Below, one piece after another: positions 40,794 to 55,629 of a stretch of DNA of 64,000 bases. Position numbers and translations under genes: made by a program. This DNA is from Eledone cirrhosa. Taxonomy: Eukaryota. Each line of letters starts with the position of its first letter. Position 1 is the stretch's first letter. Location of the stretch: NCBI GenBank assembly GCA_964016885.1, contig OZ024754.1, forward strand, positions 1,116,001 to 1,180,000, written 5' to 3'. A model generated the notes under the pieces. That model worked only from the letters and a program-made list of their open reading frames with translations, made no database searches and was not told where the DNA came from.

Positions 40794-43700
40794 TATATAT
40801 ATACACACATCTGGCTCAGAGCAGGAGAGTTGAGGCGAAGAAGATATCATCATCATCATTTCATTTTACGTCCGCTTTTCCCTGCTTGCAAGGGTGGGAC
40901 CGGAACTGATTCTGGCTTGATTTCTACAGCTGGATGCCCTTCCTAACACCAACCTCATTTACAGTGAGTGCTGGGTGCTTTTTTGCCGTGGCACCTCCAC
41001 GACCACTTTGCAGTGGAATGATAAGGACCCCAGTCCCTATCATCTCATTTCTACAGCTGATTAAACTGGAGCAATGTGAAATAAAGTGTCTTGCTCAAGG
41101 AAACAACACATCACCCGGTCTGAGAATTGAACTCACAACCTTTTGATTGCAAGGCCAATGCTCTAACCACTAAGCCATGTGCCTCCATATCAGATGCTGA
41201 ATTTGCCGACGATATTGTTTTGGTGACAAGTACAGTGAAGGAGGCAGAGGATTTGATGCAGGAGGTTGAGACTGTGTCGATGAGTGTGGGGCTGAGAATG
41301 AATGAGACTAAAACAGAATATCTGGTAGAGAATGTTGAGAAGCCAGAGGGGATCACTAATGTAGGTGGGAAGCTGCTAGAATTGGTTGAGGGCTTCCTGT
41401 ATTTGGGAGCAAAGATTGGGAATACAGAAGATGATGTGTGTGATTGAGAGGAAGAGCAAAGCCTGGGCGGCGTGCCACAGCTTGTGATTGGTGTGGAAGT
41501 CGGACCTTCGTAAAGACCTGAAAATCCGCCTCTTCATTGCTGTAGTGGAGTCTGTGCTGCTGTACGGGTCTGAGACTTAGACACTGACCAAAAGACTCAC
41601 TCAGATGGTGGATGGGTGCTAAACGAGAATGCTGAGGATGGCTCTGAACATTAATCAGTATACACTGAGGATGAAAAACTCAGAGCTGTATGGGAGCCTC
41701 CCAAAAGTCAGCTCAAAAGTGACACAGAGGAGACTGAGGTTAGCTGGACATGCTCACCGACATCCAGAGTTGACATTGCACTCAGTGCTCCTGTGGGAGC
41801 CCCTACATGGACACACTGGAAGAGGAAGACCAGGGTTAACGTGTGTTGATGCCCTAAGGACAGACACGGGTCTGTTGGAGACGCAGGACATGGCAGCGAT
41901 AATGAGGGACAGAGACCGCTGGAGAGAACTCATCCATGGATCTCGGGAATTTTACCCGCCCTAGAAGAAGATATATACACACACACACATATATATATAT
42001 ATATATTTGAGAGAGTTGGTGCCTGACAGCTAAGCTCTTGCTGTTTTGACAGCTAATTCTAGACTGGAATTAGCTGTCGAAATGGCAAGAGCTCAATCAT
42101 GAGGCCCAAACTGTCTCTGATATAGTTACACTCTACTACCTGAAGTATTGTGTACTCTGCTGAATAATGGTCTTACTAGTTTAAAACTGGTAAAATAATA
42201 ATTATTTCTACTTTTGGCACAAGGCCGACAATTATCCCAGTGCATTACTGGTACTTTAATGCACTGGGATAATTGTCGGCCTTGTGCCAAAAGTAGAAAT
42301 AATTATTATTTTACCAGTTTTAAACTAGTAAGACCATTATTCAGCAGAGTACACAATACTGGTAAAATAATAATAATAATATATATATTGAAATGTATAG
42401 GAAAAACAAACACTAGGCATGAAGTATAGAAAAGAAGTGAAAAATGTTATCAAAAGTTAATTCTTTAACACGTTTCAATACAGTCTACGAGTGCTGGTTG
42501 CATATTAATATTATTATTATGCCCATTCACTAGCAATACGTTAAATACTGCATTTCATCAGAAAGACCTCAAATTTTGAGATGAAATTTCTGCATACTGC
42601 AGTAAAATTTTTTTTCCACCATTATCCATTTGGATCGTCTGCTATCGATATAACACCAAAGAAATACTCTGTGGTCCCCTGTAAAATGGACCAAATTATA
42701 ATGTTCCCATCTTACATGTAAAGGTTCGTATTGCAGGGATCCGGCCCGAATTAGACATCTTTTTGCCCTTTACAGAAAACAGGAAACTACAGGGTCACCT
42801 TGCTGCTAACTCCTGGACCCCCAAAACTACCATCACAACAGCAATACCAACCTCAGCAGCTGCAGCAACAGCACCAACAACAGCACCAGAACCAACAACA
42901 ACAACGACAGCACCGACAACAACAACAGCAGTAGCAGAACCACCACAATCACCAACAGCAATACCAACCTCAACAGCTGCAGCAAGAACACCAACAAAAG
43001 CAACAACAATATCAACATCAGTAGCAGAACCACAACAACAACCATCAACAGCAGGATTAAAGAAATTCAATGGGAAAAACACCCATGGGACCTCCCAAAA
43101 GAGCTCTCTCACTCTCTGTCTCTTTCCCTCTCCCCTATCTCTCTCCATCTCCTATATCTCTCCTCTCATTATTCATATGGAAATGAAGGTGAGAGTAGGA
43201 AGAGCTGCCCTCCAGTACATTTGTTAAAAGGTGGGTGAATGTAACGAAGATGGTCTAAGTGAATGGGACTACTCTGACCATGTGCCTGTAGGCTTTGGAG
43301 AGAAAAGGGGCACCCTCCTAGGGTGCTCTTGGTGAGTAGGGTGGTGTTCCTGAGTCACTCCTGGGTGGTATACCCCTATGGAATTTTGTTATTTTCTTGT
43401 TATTCTTAATTACTCGATTTTATGTAAACCCCCAATGTCCCTGTTTTTGTAGTGTCCTTCATGTTTTGGCCCTTGTGGCCAATAAAGAAATAATAATAAT
43501 AAAAGAAATTACAACACAATAGGTCTGACCTGGTGGTTTTTGACAAGGAAATAAAATCATGCCTGATCGTAGATGTAGCCTGCCCATTTGACACAAGAGT
43601 GTAAGAAAAGGAGAAAATTAACTGATACCAGGATTTAAAGAGGGAATTAAAAAGGATTTGGGACAGATCAATGTTGTCTCGATTGTCATAGGAGCACTAG

Positions 43701-46700
43701 GTACTATCTCAAAGAGTTTTCAAGGAGGGTTAAAGAACTTTAGTCCAGCCCCCCCTTTTTGGGAACACTTCAAAAGACATAGTTCCTGGGAACAGCAGGA
43801 ACCCTCCGATACGTCCTGAATATAGGAGGCTGCAGGTAGCGGCTTGATGTTAATTTGAGCAAACTTTCCAGTTAAATAACATCAATGACCGAGAATCGAA
43901 AGAAAATAGTAATGACTAGCAGAATGGCTCGGCGTTGCTCGGGATTTTCTCTAGGGTTCTTATATATTTGATATATATTTATCCTTATCGAGCCTCGTGA
44001 AATAAATACATTTGTTTATATTTTGTTATTGTGTATGCAAAAATATCTGTACATGAATATATAATTATATATATATATATATATATATTAAAATAACAGA
44101 TTAAAGTTTAAGCAAAGAATCGCTGCTTTCACCCCTAACGGAATCTTCTGAAACTAAAAAAATCAATCTGTGAACGCAGAAAATGAATTGCTGCTTTCAC
44201 CCTTAACGGGGTCTAAAAGCAGTATGAAGTACACTAAGACTAACTGATGTAATCGTTGGCCTTGTTTGTTTATATTTTGTTTTTGTGTTTGCAAAAATAT
44301 CTGTACACAAATATCTATATTAAAATAACATATTAACGTTTAAGCAAAGAATCGCTGCTTTCACCCTTAACGGGATCTTCAGAAACTAAAATAAAAAATC
44401 AATCTGTGAACGCAGATGTAAATATTTCGAAAAACGTTGCAACCGAAGGAAAACAGGAAGACGATACTTTGGTTCGTGAAGACGTTCCCTGGCATAAGAA
44501 TATATATATATACACACACTATATATACATATATACACACACACTGATCACATCATAATGACGTAATGCAGACAGCCAGATATTATAAAGGCACGACGTA
44601 ATATCTATGTATCTATCTAAAAAAAGAAAGACGAAGAGAGAGAGAGAAAGAGATCACTAAATCGCCTAATGCGGTCCCTAGAGCATTGAAAATTTCAAAA
44701 TTTATTTGCTCAGAACACTCAGTAGGACCATATGTATTACATGTGTAAAGTTTGAAAACAATCGGTTGGGTGGTTCTCGAGTTTTAGTGATTGTACAGAC
44801 AGACAGACAAACAGACATTCTCTGTTTTAGTAATATAGATAATAATAATTAATATTATTAAAATCTTCCAACATAATTTTATATAAGAACCTTACATTAA
44901 GTTACTATCTTAGTAATAAAATAATTAATAATGTTAGTAAATCCCACAAAATTCTTTATTAATTAATTAATTAAAATAGAGTGTATTTCATTAGAAATGC
45001 AGTCACGAAGGTTAAATAGTATTTGTTAAAATATAATAACTGTTATAATGAACAAAAATGTAATAAGTTTTGTTGTTTTTTTTTTACCTTTTGCAAAGAT
45101 ACATTTGGTTGGCAGAAGAAAGTGAAGATGGTTAATATAAGAATCAAGGGATGTTGTGTCTGGAGGTAGCACTGATGATATCTTTTCCATGTAAGGGAAT
45201 TGTTGCCAGGTATCAGCAAATTGTGCAATATCTATAGCACAGCCACTGAAATAATAATATTAGAACCACAGAAATGAGAGGTTTGCACAGTTATACAGAT
45301 AAAGAATTAACCCTTTAGCATTTAAACCAACCATATCCGGCCAGAATTCTATCACCTCTTTCTGTTCAAACCGGCTGTAACCAGCCTCTCATACTGATGT
45401 TACGGTAGTGTTCTCAAAATAAATAATATCAAAATCTCATAGATTTGATATTATGTGAGATAATTATGTGAGGTAAAGCCTTTACCGTGAAAATACAATA
45501 GTATATATAGAGTAATGTAAATGTTAAAGGGTTAAACAGTAACAGACGGGTAAGATTATTAATTGTACATCATCATCACAATTTATCATCCATTTTTCCA
45601 CATTAGCATGGGTTAGACAAGTTACCCCGTTGTGAGACAAGCCAGGTCCGATGACCGTGTTTTTTTCATACAGAACTGGTTTTGGTTTGGTCTCTACGGC
45701 TGGAAACCCTTCCAAACACCAACCACATTTACAGTGTATGCTGCGTCCTTTTTGTTGTGACACTACACGACCACTTTACAGTGTGGGCTGGATGCTTTTT
45801 GTTGTGATACCTACACCTGTACATGTAAAATACTCAATAGAGTGTGTAGCATGGAGATCAGAGAGTCACTCCAGATAGAGCCACTACTTCTCCAAATTGA
45901 TAAATCACAGCTCCGATACTATGGACATGTGGTTAGAATGTCTCAGGAAAGAATTGCTAGACAGATTTTATGGTCAAAACCAACTGGCAGGAGACCCAGG
46001 AGTAGACCCCAAGCAAGCTTTTTAAATAACATCCATGAGCTTGGCTGGATTGCTTGGGATCCAGCCAGATCATTTGGAAATGGTTGTTTCTGACAGGACC
46101 TGCTGGTAGGAGTGTTTGAAGACTCTGCCCCCACAACCCTCTCATGAATAAGTGGGCGAAGAAGATGAACTGAGGGGTCTTTACATGGTCAACAGAAAGA
46201 GCAGTGAAATCCTGCTGAAATTACACTCACCATCTTAAAAATGAAGGAATGCATTTTATGAGACAGTTGTCCTATTTGCCTGAAAAATATGAAGCTCGGA
46301 TGGTGGTGGCTGGAATGCTTTTGTTTATAGGTCAGGTCAATCAGTACTGACCCAGCCACAATATATTCTACAACAGAAGCAACAACAACAAAACTATCTT
46401 TAAGTAAAATACGAAATGTTAAAACATTTATTTGACCAAAATAATTGTTTCTACTTTTGGCATAAGGCCAGCAATTATCCCAGTACATTACTGGTACTTT
46501 ATTTTATCGACCCCGTAAGGATGAAAAGCAAAGTTAACCTCGGTGGGATTTGAACTCAGACTGTAAAGGGACATAACTATGCTGAAAAGCATGGTGTCCG
46601 ACCCTCTACCGATACTGCCAATTATTTGATCAAAATAATATTAACTTACTTGCAAAAATCAATCCATGTTAGGTCAACTGAAAAATGCTTCTCGGTCATT

Positions 46701-49700
46701 TTTACAATATTTCCCTGTGTTAATTGCACACTTCCCGCAACAAACAACTGTTCTTTACTAATTTCTAAAGGTTGAAGTTTAATTGTGATATAAAATGGAC
46801 CGTTTGTGGATATAAGAGAGACAGAGCCACAGATTCCAGATGTTCCATTGCTTAACCAGGCTTGAGGTGTATCCTAAACAATAAAGAAAATATCAGATAC
46901 AGTATTTATCTCCAACCCTTTTGTTACAATATATCTAATGAAAGAGACTCTGCCAATTTATTTCAAATTAGTTTCAAATAATCTGGAATTTCGAAGGATT
47001 TAGTTATATAACTGACATTTTCAATTCAGAGAAGTAGTGGCTCTACCTAGAGTGAGATCAGAGCTGCTACTTCTCCGAATTGAAAGATCACAGCTTCGAT
47101 ACTATCAGCATGTAGTTAGAGTATCCTAGGAAAAAAAAATCACTGAACAGCTTTGTAGCTCAGAGGTCAGAGCGTCACTCCTTCTCCGAATTGAGAGATC
47201 ACAGCTCCGATACTATAGGCATATGGTTGGAATGTCTCAGGAAAAAATTGCTGGACAGATTCTACGGGCAAAACCAACCGGCAAGAGGCCCAGGGGTAGA
47301 CCCTGAGCAAGATGGTTGGATAACATCCATGAGCTTGGCTGGTCTCACTTGGGGATCCAGCCGGATCAGTTAGAGATGGTTGCTTCTGACAGGACCTGGT
47401 GGAAGGAGTGTTTGAGAACTCTGTCCCCCACAACCCTCTCAGGAATAAGTGAGTGAAGAAGAACTAACATTTTCATTATGAAGGTGATGTTTGGGGAATA
47501 ATTTTACAAAGTTTCTGGAATAAAATTATGGTAAGAAATAAAAAGAAATGATAAAAACTTACGTCAATAATAAAAAGTTTTAAGAAGGGGGCACATGTTA
47601 ATTGAATGAGACATTCTAGTTGTTTGTCTTGGCTTAATTTAGGTTCTATGCAGAAGGTCAATATTAAACCATCAGTAGTTCCTCTTTTGTAAAACTTCAT
47701 GATGAAATCCTCAAATTCTGCTAACAAATTGTATTGCAATGTGGAGTTATTTTCTGAAGACAAATTATCTGCCATCATATTATTTAGCAGTTTATGTTTT
47801 ACAAGTTGTTTGTGTGTTCTTTCTACTACATCAAGACATCTGGCTTCTTCACATAATAATTCTTTATCGAGAGACAATGGAGTTTGTTTTTCCACAAAAT
47901 GATTTTCAGTTTCATCTTGTTTTGAAAGCATTGAGTAGTATTCCTCATAGAGGGAGTTAGTCTTATTAACTAACAGGATGTCAGATTCTAAGTCTGCAAC
48001 AAATCCTCTTTCAGAAGACTGACTGTAAGAGTCTGCAATCTTTGATGGATGTTCTTCTTTACCAAGTTTTTCAGGGTTATCTCCTTCTGAATATAGAGGT
48101 TTTGATGAAAATGAATGCCAATTGAAACCCTTTTTGTTTGTATTCAGCTTGAGAAAATCTGACACAGAATCAGTTTCAGAAACTATATTATCTTTATCTT
48201 TGAAAGTATTTAAATCCCTTGTTTTTTCATCTTTGGTAAATTTAGCAACATTTGGTATATCAAAAGAATCCTAAAAAAACAATAATATATATATATATAT
48301 ATAAAGCTTTCCGATAAAATATAATTACATATAAAGCTTTCTAATAAAATGATGTGTACAAAACCTTCTACAACTGTCAGATAATCCTATATTACAATAT
48401 CCAGTGTGTATATGGATGTATATATATTTATTTTCTAAGCATAACTTTTAATAAAATCTCTGCTCTACAGACACCAACCCACATGCAGTGATATATGCAC
48501 ACTTCCTAATTGTCCCATCAACATCACAGAAGTGTGCATGAGAGCATTTGTGGTCAATAAGATCGCATGCAAATGTCCAGATGCTGCACATACAGATCAA
48601 GGAGCACATGATGCTGAGAGCTTCTGTTAAAAAACATCTTGCAGCTTCTTTCCACTGGGATTTCCTGTCATTTTATCACCAATTGGCCATTGTCCATGCA
48701 TATCACATGTCCATACCAATGCAGTCTTCTCTCCTGCACACCACCTTGGATTCCCCTTAAACTCAGCTTCACCCTCAGCTCATCCAAGCTCTGCTTTTCT
48801 CTCACTGTCTCGTGTAAAGTACAAAACAGCACTGTCACTCTATCACTGCATTACATTGAAAACTAAAGTATTTACTCTAATATTGCAAATTTTTGCAATG
48901 ATCTGTGCAAAAGTAAAAATACTAAAAACAATGATGATGATGAATTTCTTGCTGATGTAGTTTGATATGGTATAGGACATTAAAAGTTAAAAGTTATAAC
49001 ACAAACTATCATCATCATAATCATCATTTTATATCAACTATTCCATGCTATCATGAATGGTACAAGATTTTTTGAGGAAATGTTTTATAGCTGGATTCTC
49101 TTCTCGACACAAACTCATTTAGTTGCTTATTACGACATGCAGGGGGGGGGGGGGATTTTGTGTACTTATTCTAAACTGGATACATATGCATGAAAATAAC
49201 AAAATATTACCTGAGGTGAAATTCCAGCAAACAAAGCTGCAGCAAATTGTTGTCTTTCCTTCTGTATATGTTCATCATTAGAAACTTCTTCTGTTTCATC
49301 AGCCTGTCATAACAAAATAATAATTCTGATTTAGGTACAAGGCCAATAAGTTTAGGGAACGGGAAAGTCAATTAAATCGACCCTTGTACGTTACTGGTGC
49401 TTTATTTTATCAATCCCGTGAGGAAGAAAGGCAAAGCTAACTTCAGCGGGATTTCAAATTAGAGTGACTGACTGACAATATATTGAAATGAAATATAGTT
49501 TTTGATGCAAGAAATTCTATGAATTGGGAACAAAAAAGAAATTTTACCTGTGAAATACCTGTAAAATCAGGTTTCTCATTTGAAGAATTAGTATTAGAAT
49601 GATCCTCAATAATACCATCTTTAGACCAGACCTTTTTAATGCCTTTTAGTTGAAGTAACTGGGAATTACTGAAAAAGTAAAAATAAAAATATGCCAAAAT

Positions 49701-52700
49701 ATAAAAAAAAATTGAAATGTATGTACATAGGAATGGTGTTAAGAAGTTCACTTTGCACCACATGATTTAGGTTTCTGTCCCACTGTGTAACAACTTGGAC
49801 AAGTGTTTTCTATTATGCTTTGGGGTGACTAATGCCTTCAGGGTAAACTTGGTAGGTGGAAACTATATCAAAGCTTGTCATATATATATATGGATGATTG
49901 GTTGGGTGCATTTGGATATCTACATATCTGATGAATTCTTTCATTACATAAATATTGTGATGAGAGAAAGAGGGAGAGTAAAAATACAGGATGGTCATGA
50001 CTCATGGTTTGAACTCAGAATGCACAGACACTGCAAAGAATCCTGTCCAACCGTTTAACACTTTTGATAACAGACTTCTTGAAACTACCCTTGGTTCTAA
50101 AACTGTTTATTTTTAAATATTTATATTCATTTAAAGACCTTTCATCATAATTTTATGTAAGAACCTTTGTTAAGTTATGTTTCATACAGTAACTTGATAA
50201 TGAGAAAGTAAGTTATATTACTATTAAAATTATATTACTATCGAAATCATAGGCAGCATCTTTCATTATAAATATGGTGGTAAAGTGGTTAACAAATACG
50301 GTGGTAAAATGGTAAATAATTCTGCCAAACCATAGCTCCTGGGCTGCTATTGTATTTATTGATCCCAAATGGATGAAAGGCAAAGTTCTGCTTGGCATAA
50401 TTTGAAGTCAGAAGAAATACCCAAAACATTTAATAAATAAGTGAAGGGCTAGACGGAAAAGATGTTAAAATACTTACAAATTCTTAAATTTGTTGCCTGT
50501 TATTGCAAAAGTGTTCTCAACACCACTTGTATTTATATCAAACTTTTTATTAGAACTATTCTCCAGAGAGTTTGGGTAAGGAAGTATTTCTGAAGAACGG
50601 TAAACATACTGCAGTTCATCAAATAGCCACATTTCTGAAAACAAACATTTTCACATTTTATTATAAACTTATATATCATCATCATCATCATTTTACGTCC
50701 CCTTTTCCCTGCTTGCAAGGGTGGGATGGGAACTGATTCTGGCTTGATTTCTACAGCTGGATGCCTTTCCTAACACCAACCTCATTTACAGTGAGTGCTG
50801 GGTGCTTTTTTGCCGTGGCATCTCCATGTCCACTTTACAGTGAGTGCTGGGTGCTTTTTTGCCGTGGCAACTTCACGACCACTTTGCAGTGGAATGATAG
50901 GGACCCCAGTCCTATCATCTCATTTCTACAGCTGAGTAAACTGGAGCAATGTGAAATAAAGTGTCTTGCTCAAGGAAACAACACATCACCTGGTCTGAGA
51001 ATTGAACTCACAACCTTTCAATTGCAAGGCTAATGCTCTAACCACTATGCTATGTTCCTACATCAGGATGAATTCAGTTTGAAACTGGTTTGACCATTAT
51101 TTAACAGAGTATTCAATACTTGGGGTAGTAGAGTATGGTTATATTATAAAGAGTTGGGACCCTGACGACTGAGCTCTTGCTGTTTCGACAGCTAGTTCCA
51201 GTCTCATCGATCATCATTCATGCACATCATATGTCCATACCAACACAGTCTTCTCTCCAGCACACCACCTCTGATTCCTCTTAAAACCAGCTTCTTTCTC
51301 AGTTCATCCAAGCTCTGCCTGTCTCTCACATTTACATTGCATATCCAACCAAGAATGATTGCTTTATTTCTCTCCAGTCTACATGTCTTCTGTAGTCACT
51401 GCCCATATTTCACTATCAATCAACATCGCACTTCACACAGTTGTCATAGGAGTCATCCTTTTTTACCTAGAGAGAAACCGTTTCTTGTCAACAGTGGGAG
51501 TAGCTCTCTAAACTTCTTCCAACCTATCTTTATTTTAGCTATTATGCTCCCAGAGCACTCTCCTCCTCTGTTAATTAAATCACCTAGATAGCAGAAGTTA
51601 CCAACCACTTCTATGGATCCTTCCAGTGACTTGGAGAGGTTTATATCACTGATGTTCTTCCCCTCGATTACTCCTGTGCATCTTCTACATACAAAGTCTT
51701 CCTTTCCTGTTAGTCTATGCATTATCCCACTATACTGTATGGAGTTTATGCCTACTTCTTTTCTAGATATGAAGCAGGGCCATTTTCTTGAAGGGATCAG
51801 GTCCTATCTTCTTTCCTACTCACTAGCACTTTAGTTTTGGCTAAGTTTCTTTAGATCATCATCATCATCAATATATATTTAAAGAAAAAATTATACTTTT
51901 TCAGTATTAAGAAATAAAATTGATCACTTACCATTTTCGGTATTGTTATTCAGCTGTTGGTTTAGTTTAAAAGGCATAGCTCCATTCTCTAAAGATGTAC
52001 TTACATAATCATCAACAAAGGAAAGAGTAAAATCCAACTAGAAAAATAAGAAAAGACAAACTAAAATAAGTCAGTTTTATTCATATACTATCCCCAACCA
52101 CGGTTTCTGGAATTAAGAAACATTATTATTGGATTGGCAGTATCGGTAGAAGGTCGGAAGCCATGCTTTGCAGCATAGAGTTATGGCCCTTTATGATCCG
52201 AGTTCAAATCCCGCCGAGGTTAACTTTGCCTTTCATCCTTACGGGGTCGATAAAATAAAATACCAGTAATGTACTGGGATAATTGCTGGCCTTGTGCCAA
52301 AATTAGAAAAAATTATTATTGGATTGGCAGTATTGGTAGAGGGTCGGATACCATGCTTTGGAGCAAAGAGTTACGGCAATTTATGGTCCGAGTTCAAATC
52401 CCGCCGAGGTTAACTTTGCCTTTCATCCTTACGGAGTCGATAAAATAAAGTACCAGTAATACACTGGGATAATTGCTGGCCTTGTGCCAAAAGTAGAAAC
52501 AATTATTATAAATTAAAATAACCAATATTGGATGAATTATTCTATCTTCAGAGCAAATATCTTTGGAAGTAGAGAAAATATAGACCATGTTGTTGTTGAA
52601 ACCGTGGTTGGGGATAGTATATAAGTAAAACTGATTTATTTTAGTGTGTTTAGCTTATATACCCACCTAATCGAGAATATTAATCCTTTAGCATTTACAT

Positions 52701-55559
52701 TACTCTATATTTACTATTGTAAACACTTTAGCTCACATAATATTGAATCAATGAGATTTTTATATTGTTTATTTTGCGAACAATACCTTAACATAACTAT
52801 GAGCAGCCGGTTACAGCCGGTTTGAACAGAAAGAGGTGAAAGAATTCTGGCCAGAAACGGCCGGTTTAAATGCTAAAGGGTTAAATGCATAATGTTGACA
52901 GGAAAATAAAATAAGTAAATAAATAAATATTGAAGCTTTACTCACTTCACTGGTAAAAGATTGATTTACATGGAGGGACAATTGTAGTTGAGCATTTGAA
53001 TTTTGGTTGAGGTAAAAGGAAGTTAGCCGTTTCACTTCTTCGAATCGCTGAAAGAGAAAGCATTACATTAGAAATAATAACAAATGAGTACAAATCAATT
53101 CTGTTAGAAAACAGAAATCCAATTATATTGGACATCAAACTAAAGCTAAGAAATAATGGTTTCAGATGTAGGCACAAGGCCAACAATTTTTTTTTTACAT
53201 TGACACCAGTGAATTACTGGTGCTTTTTTTAATCGACCCCATAAGGATGAAAGGCAAACCTAACTTCAGCGGGATTTGAGCACAGTACGTAAAGGGCCAT
53301 AACTCTATGCTGCAAAGCATGTTGTCCGACGTTCTACTGATACTGGCAATCCATTGCTGGTCTCTGTCCTCTGAGACATTTTTGACTATCGCTGTCTTTG
53401 ATAACATTTGGCTGTTTTAACGGCTGTTCTAGTGATGAGTTTTCTCATTTTTATATATGTATGGTGGAAGAACTTCATATAAATATAAACATTTAAAAAT
53501 GAACAAGTCTGGTATCATATCAAAGGGATTAAAGCACCCCTTCCCACCAAATTTATTATACAAGTAATATAATTTGGTCTTACTTGGATTGTTTCTGAAG
53601 ACATGTCAAAATCAGCAACACTGATAGCATTAAGGGCCAATAAAGTAGCTCCATGGTCTAAAATGTGCATTATTTTAGTCATTGCTGTCCAGATCCAACG
53701 ACGACTTTCATCAGAAGTGGTTTTGTTACAGTAATGAGATAGTAAAATAGAAACTATATCTGTTGTTGGTAATGACTTGTTAACTTCACACTGGTTCTCA
53801 CTGATCACCTGGAAAATATAGTGAAATAATCTCCTGTGTGGTTATTGTGGTGGCATTGGTGGTGGTGGTAGTGGTGGCATTGGTGGTGGTGGTAATGGTG
53901 GTGGTATTGGTGGTAGTGGTGGTGGTGATTGTGGTATTGGTGGTGTGGTGAATATGGGGGACGTGGTGAACCTGGGGGACATGGTGAACCTGGGGTGTGT
54001 GGTGAACATGGGGAGAGTTGGTAGATAGGGGGGACGTAGAGAACATGGGGGACTTGGTGGATAGGGGGGACGTAGTGAACATGGAGGATTTGGCAAAGCA
54101 AAGTGGTCAAATATTTCCAGACTGGCGTCTTTTTTGGTCATTGTACTTCAATGATTGTTGAGAAGAAAAGAAAAATAAATTCACAGCTCAAACCGGCTGC
54201 ATCTCATGGTAGGTTTCTTGGTGTTTTAATGAGAAGGGCTCCAATCCTATCACAGAAAGCAATGTGGAATGAAATATCTTGCTCAAGAAGAACTTGTTGT
54301 CCAGTCCAGGGTAATATGAAAACCACCAGGCCACATGCATGCGCACAATAGTTGTTTCTACTTTAGGCACAAGGGCAGCAATTTGAAGGGGAGGGGAAAG
54401 TTGATTAAATCGACCCCAGTATTTACTGGTGCTTTATTTTATTGACCCGATAAGGATGAAAGACAAAGCTAACCTTGGCGTGATTTGAACTCAGAACGTA
54501 AAGGGCTGCCTCGAAGCATGTTGCCTGGCACTCTACCAATTACTGCCAATCCTCCATCAATAATTGTTTCTACTTTTGGCACAAGGCCAGCAATACCCAG
54601 TGTATTACTGGTACTTTATTTTATCGACCCTGTAAGGATGAAAGGCAAGAGCCGTAACTCAATCCTCCATCAATAATGGTTGTTATATGAGATTAGTTGA
54701 CATTGTTGTTGTCATGCTAATTTTGAACGTAGGCTTCTGAAGATGCAAAAAAGGAGGAAAGAAGTAGAAAGTGCTGTGAAAACTACAGTAACTTACCCAC
54801 ACAGCCACCTGAATAATGGTGTCTGGAAGTGAATCTTTTTGAAGGTATTCCATGTAACATGTAAACATGGAATGAGAAAATCCCTTGTCCTTTTTAGAAG
54901 CTGCAAGAAACAAAGTTTTGAAAACAATTTATTTTTTTAAATAAGAGGAAAAAAATAGAATTACAGACAATAAATCAATTCACAGTTGTATAAATGGTGC
55001 GTTGCCCCAGCATGGCTTCAACCTGTCGGCTGGAACGCATAATATACTAATAGAGTAATTGTAAAAATTGATGGAAATATGAAAGAAAAAGACAGAAAAA
55101 GAATAAAAAAAGAAACCAGGTAAAAAACAGAGGAGATGAAGGGGTAAAGAAGGGCAAATCTGACTGTATGGGAAAGTAGGAGACAGCAGCCTGTCTGAGA
55201 AAGGAACCCCGCGAGATGGGGTGGCTGTTGCAGTGAGTGTAGCTGGCCATTATTCGGGGAAATGTCTTTGCAGTTTTGTCCTCTGTAATGGCCTGGAGAA
55301 TGATAATAAACAGGAGGGGGCTGAGGACAGAGTCTTAATGAATGTCTACCTTCACATTGAACTCCTCACTAAATATTACCTATGGCATCCAGCCATAGAA
55401 ACCAAATCAAAATCAGTTCTGTAAGAGCATGACATGGTCACCAGATTTGGCTTGTCTCACAACAGGACAACACGTCTAACCCATGCTAGCATGGAAAAAT
55501 GGACATTAAACGATGATGATGATGATGTAACTTTATTAATATATAGATATAGGATGAAG

Positions 55560-55629
<70 letters not shown>

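Noticed and set aside
42575-42678. Candidate terminal exon of AP4E1
   Set aside because: No similarity to the epsilon C-terminus; 34598-34746 fits much better. More likely a PLE remnant upstream of the HHR.
42763-43227. Mucin-like Thr/Ala/Pro ORF; similar ORFs at 19272-19641, 25419-25833, 53798-54141 and 56328-56688
   Set aside because: Degenerate trinucleotide repeats without splice or homology support.
46231-46279. Cryptic exon with tttcag acceptor and GTGAGT donor in an AP4E1 intron
   Set aside because: 49 nt would shift the frame, there is no homology, and the flanking exons already join in phase. Only RNA-seq could support it as a poison exon.
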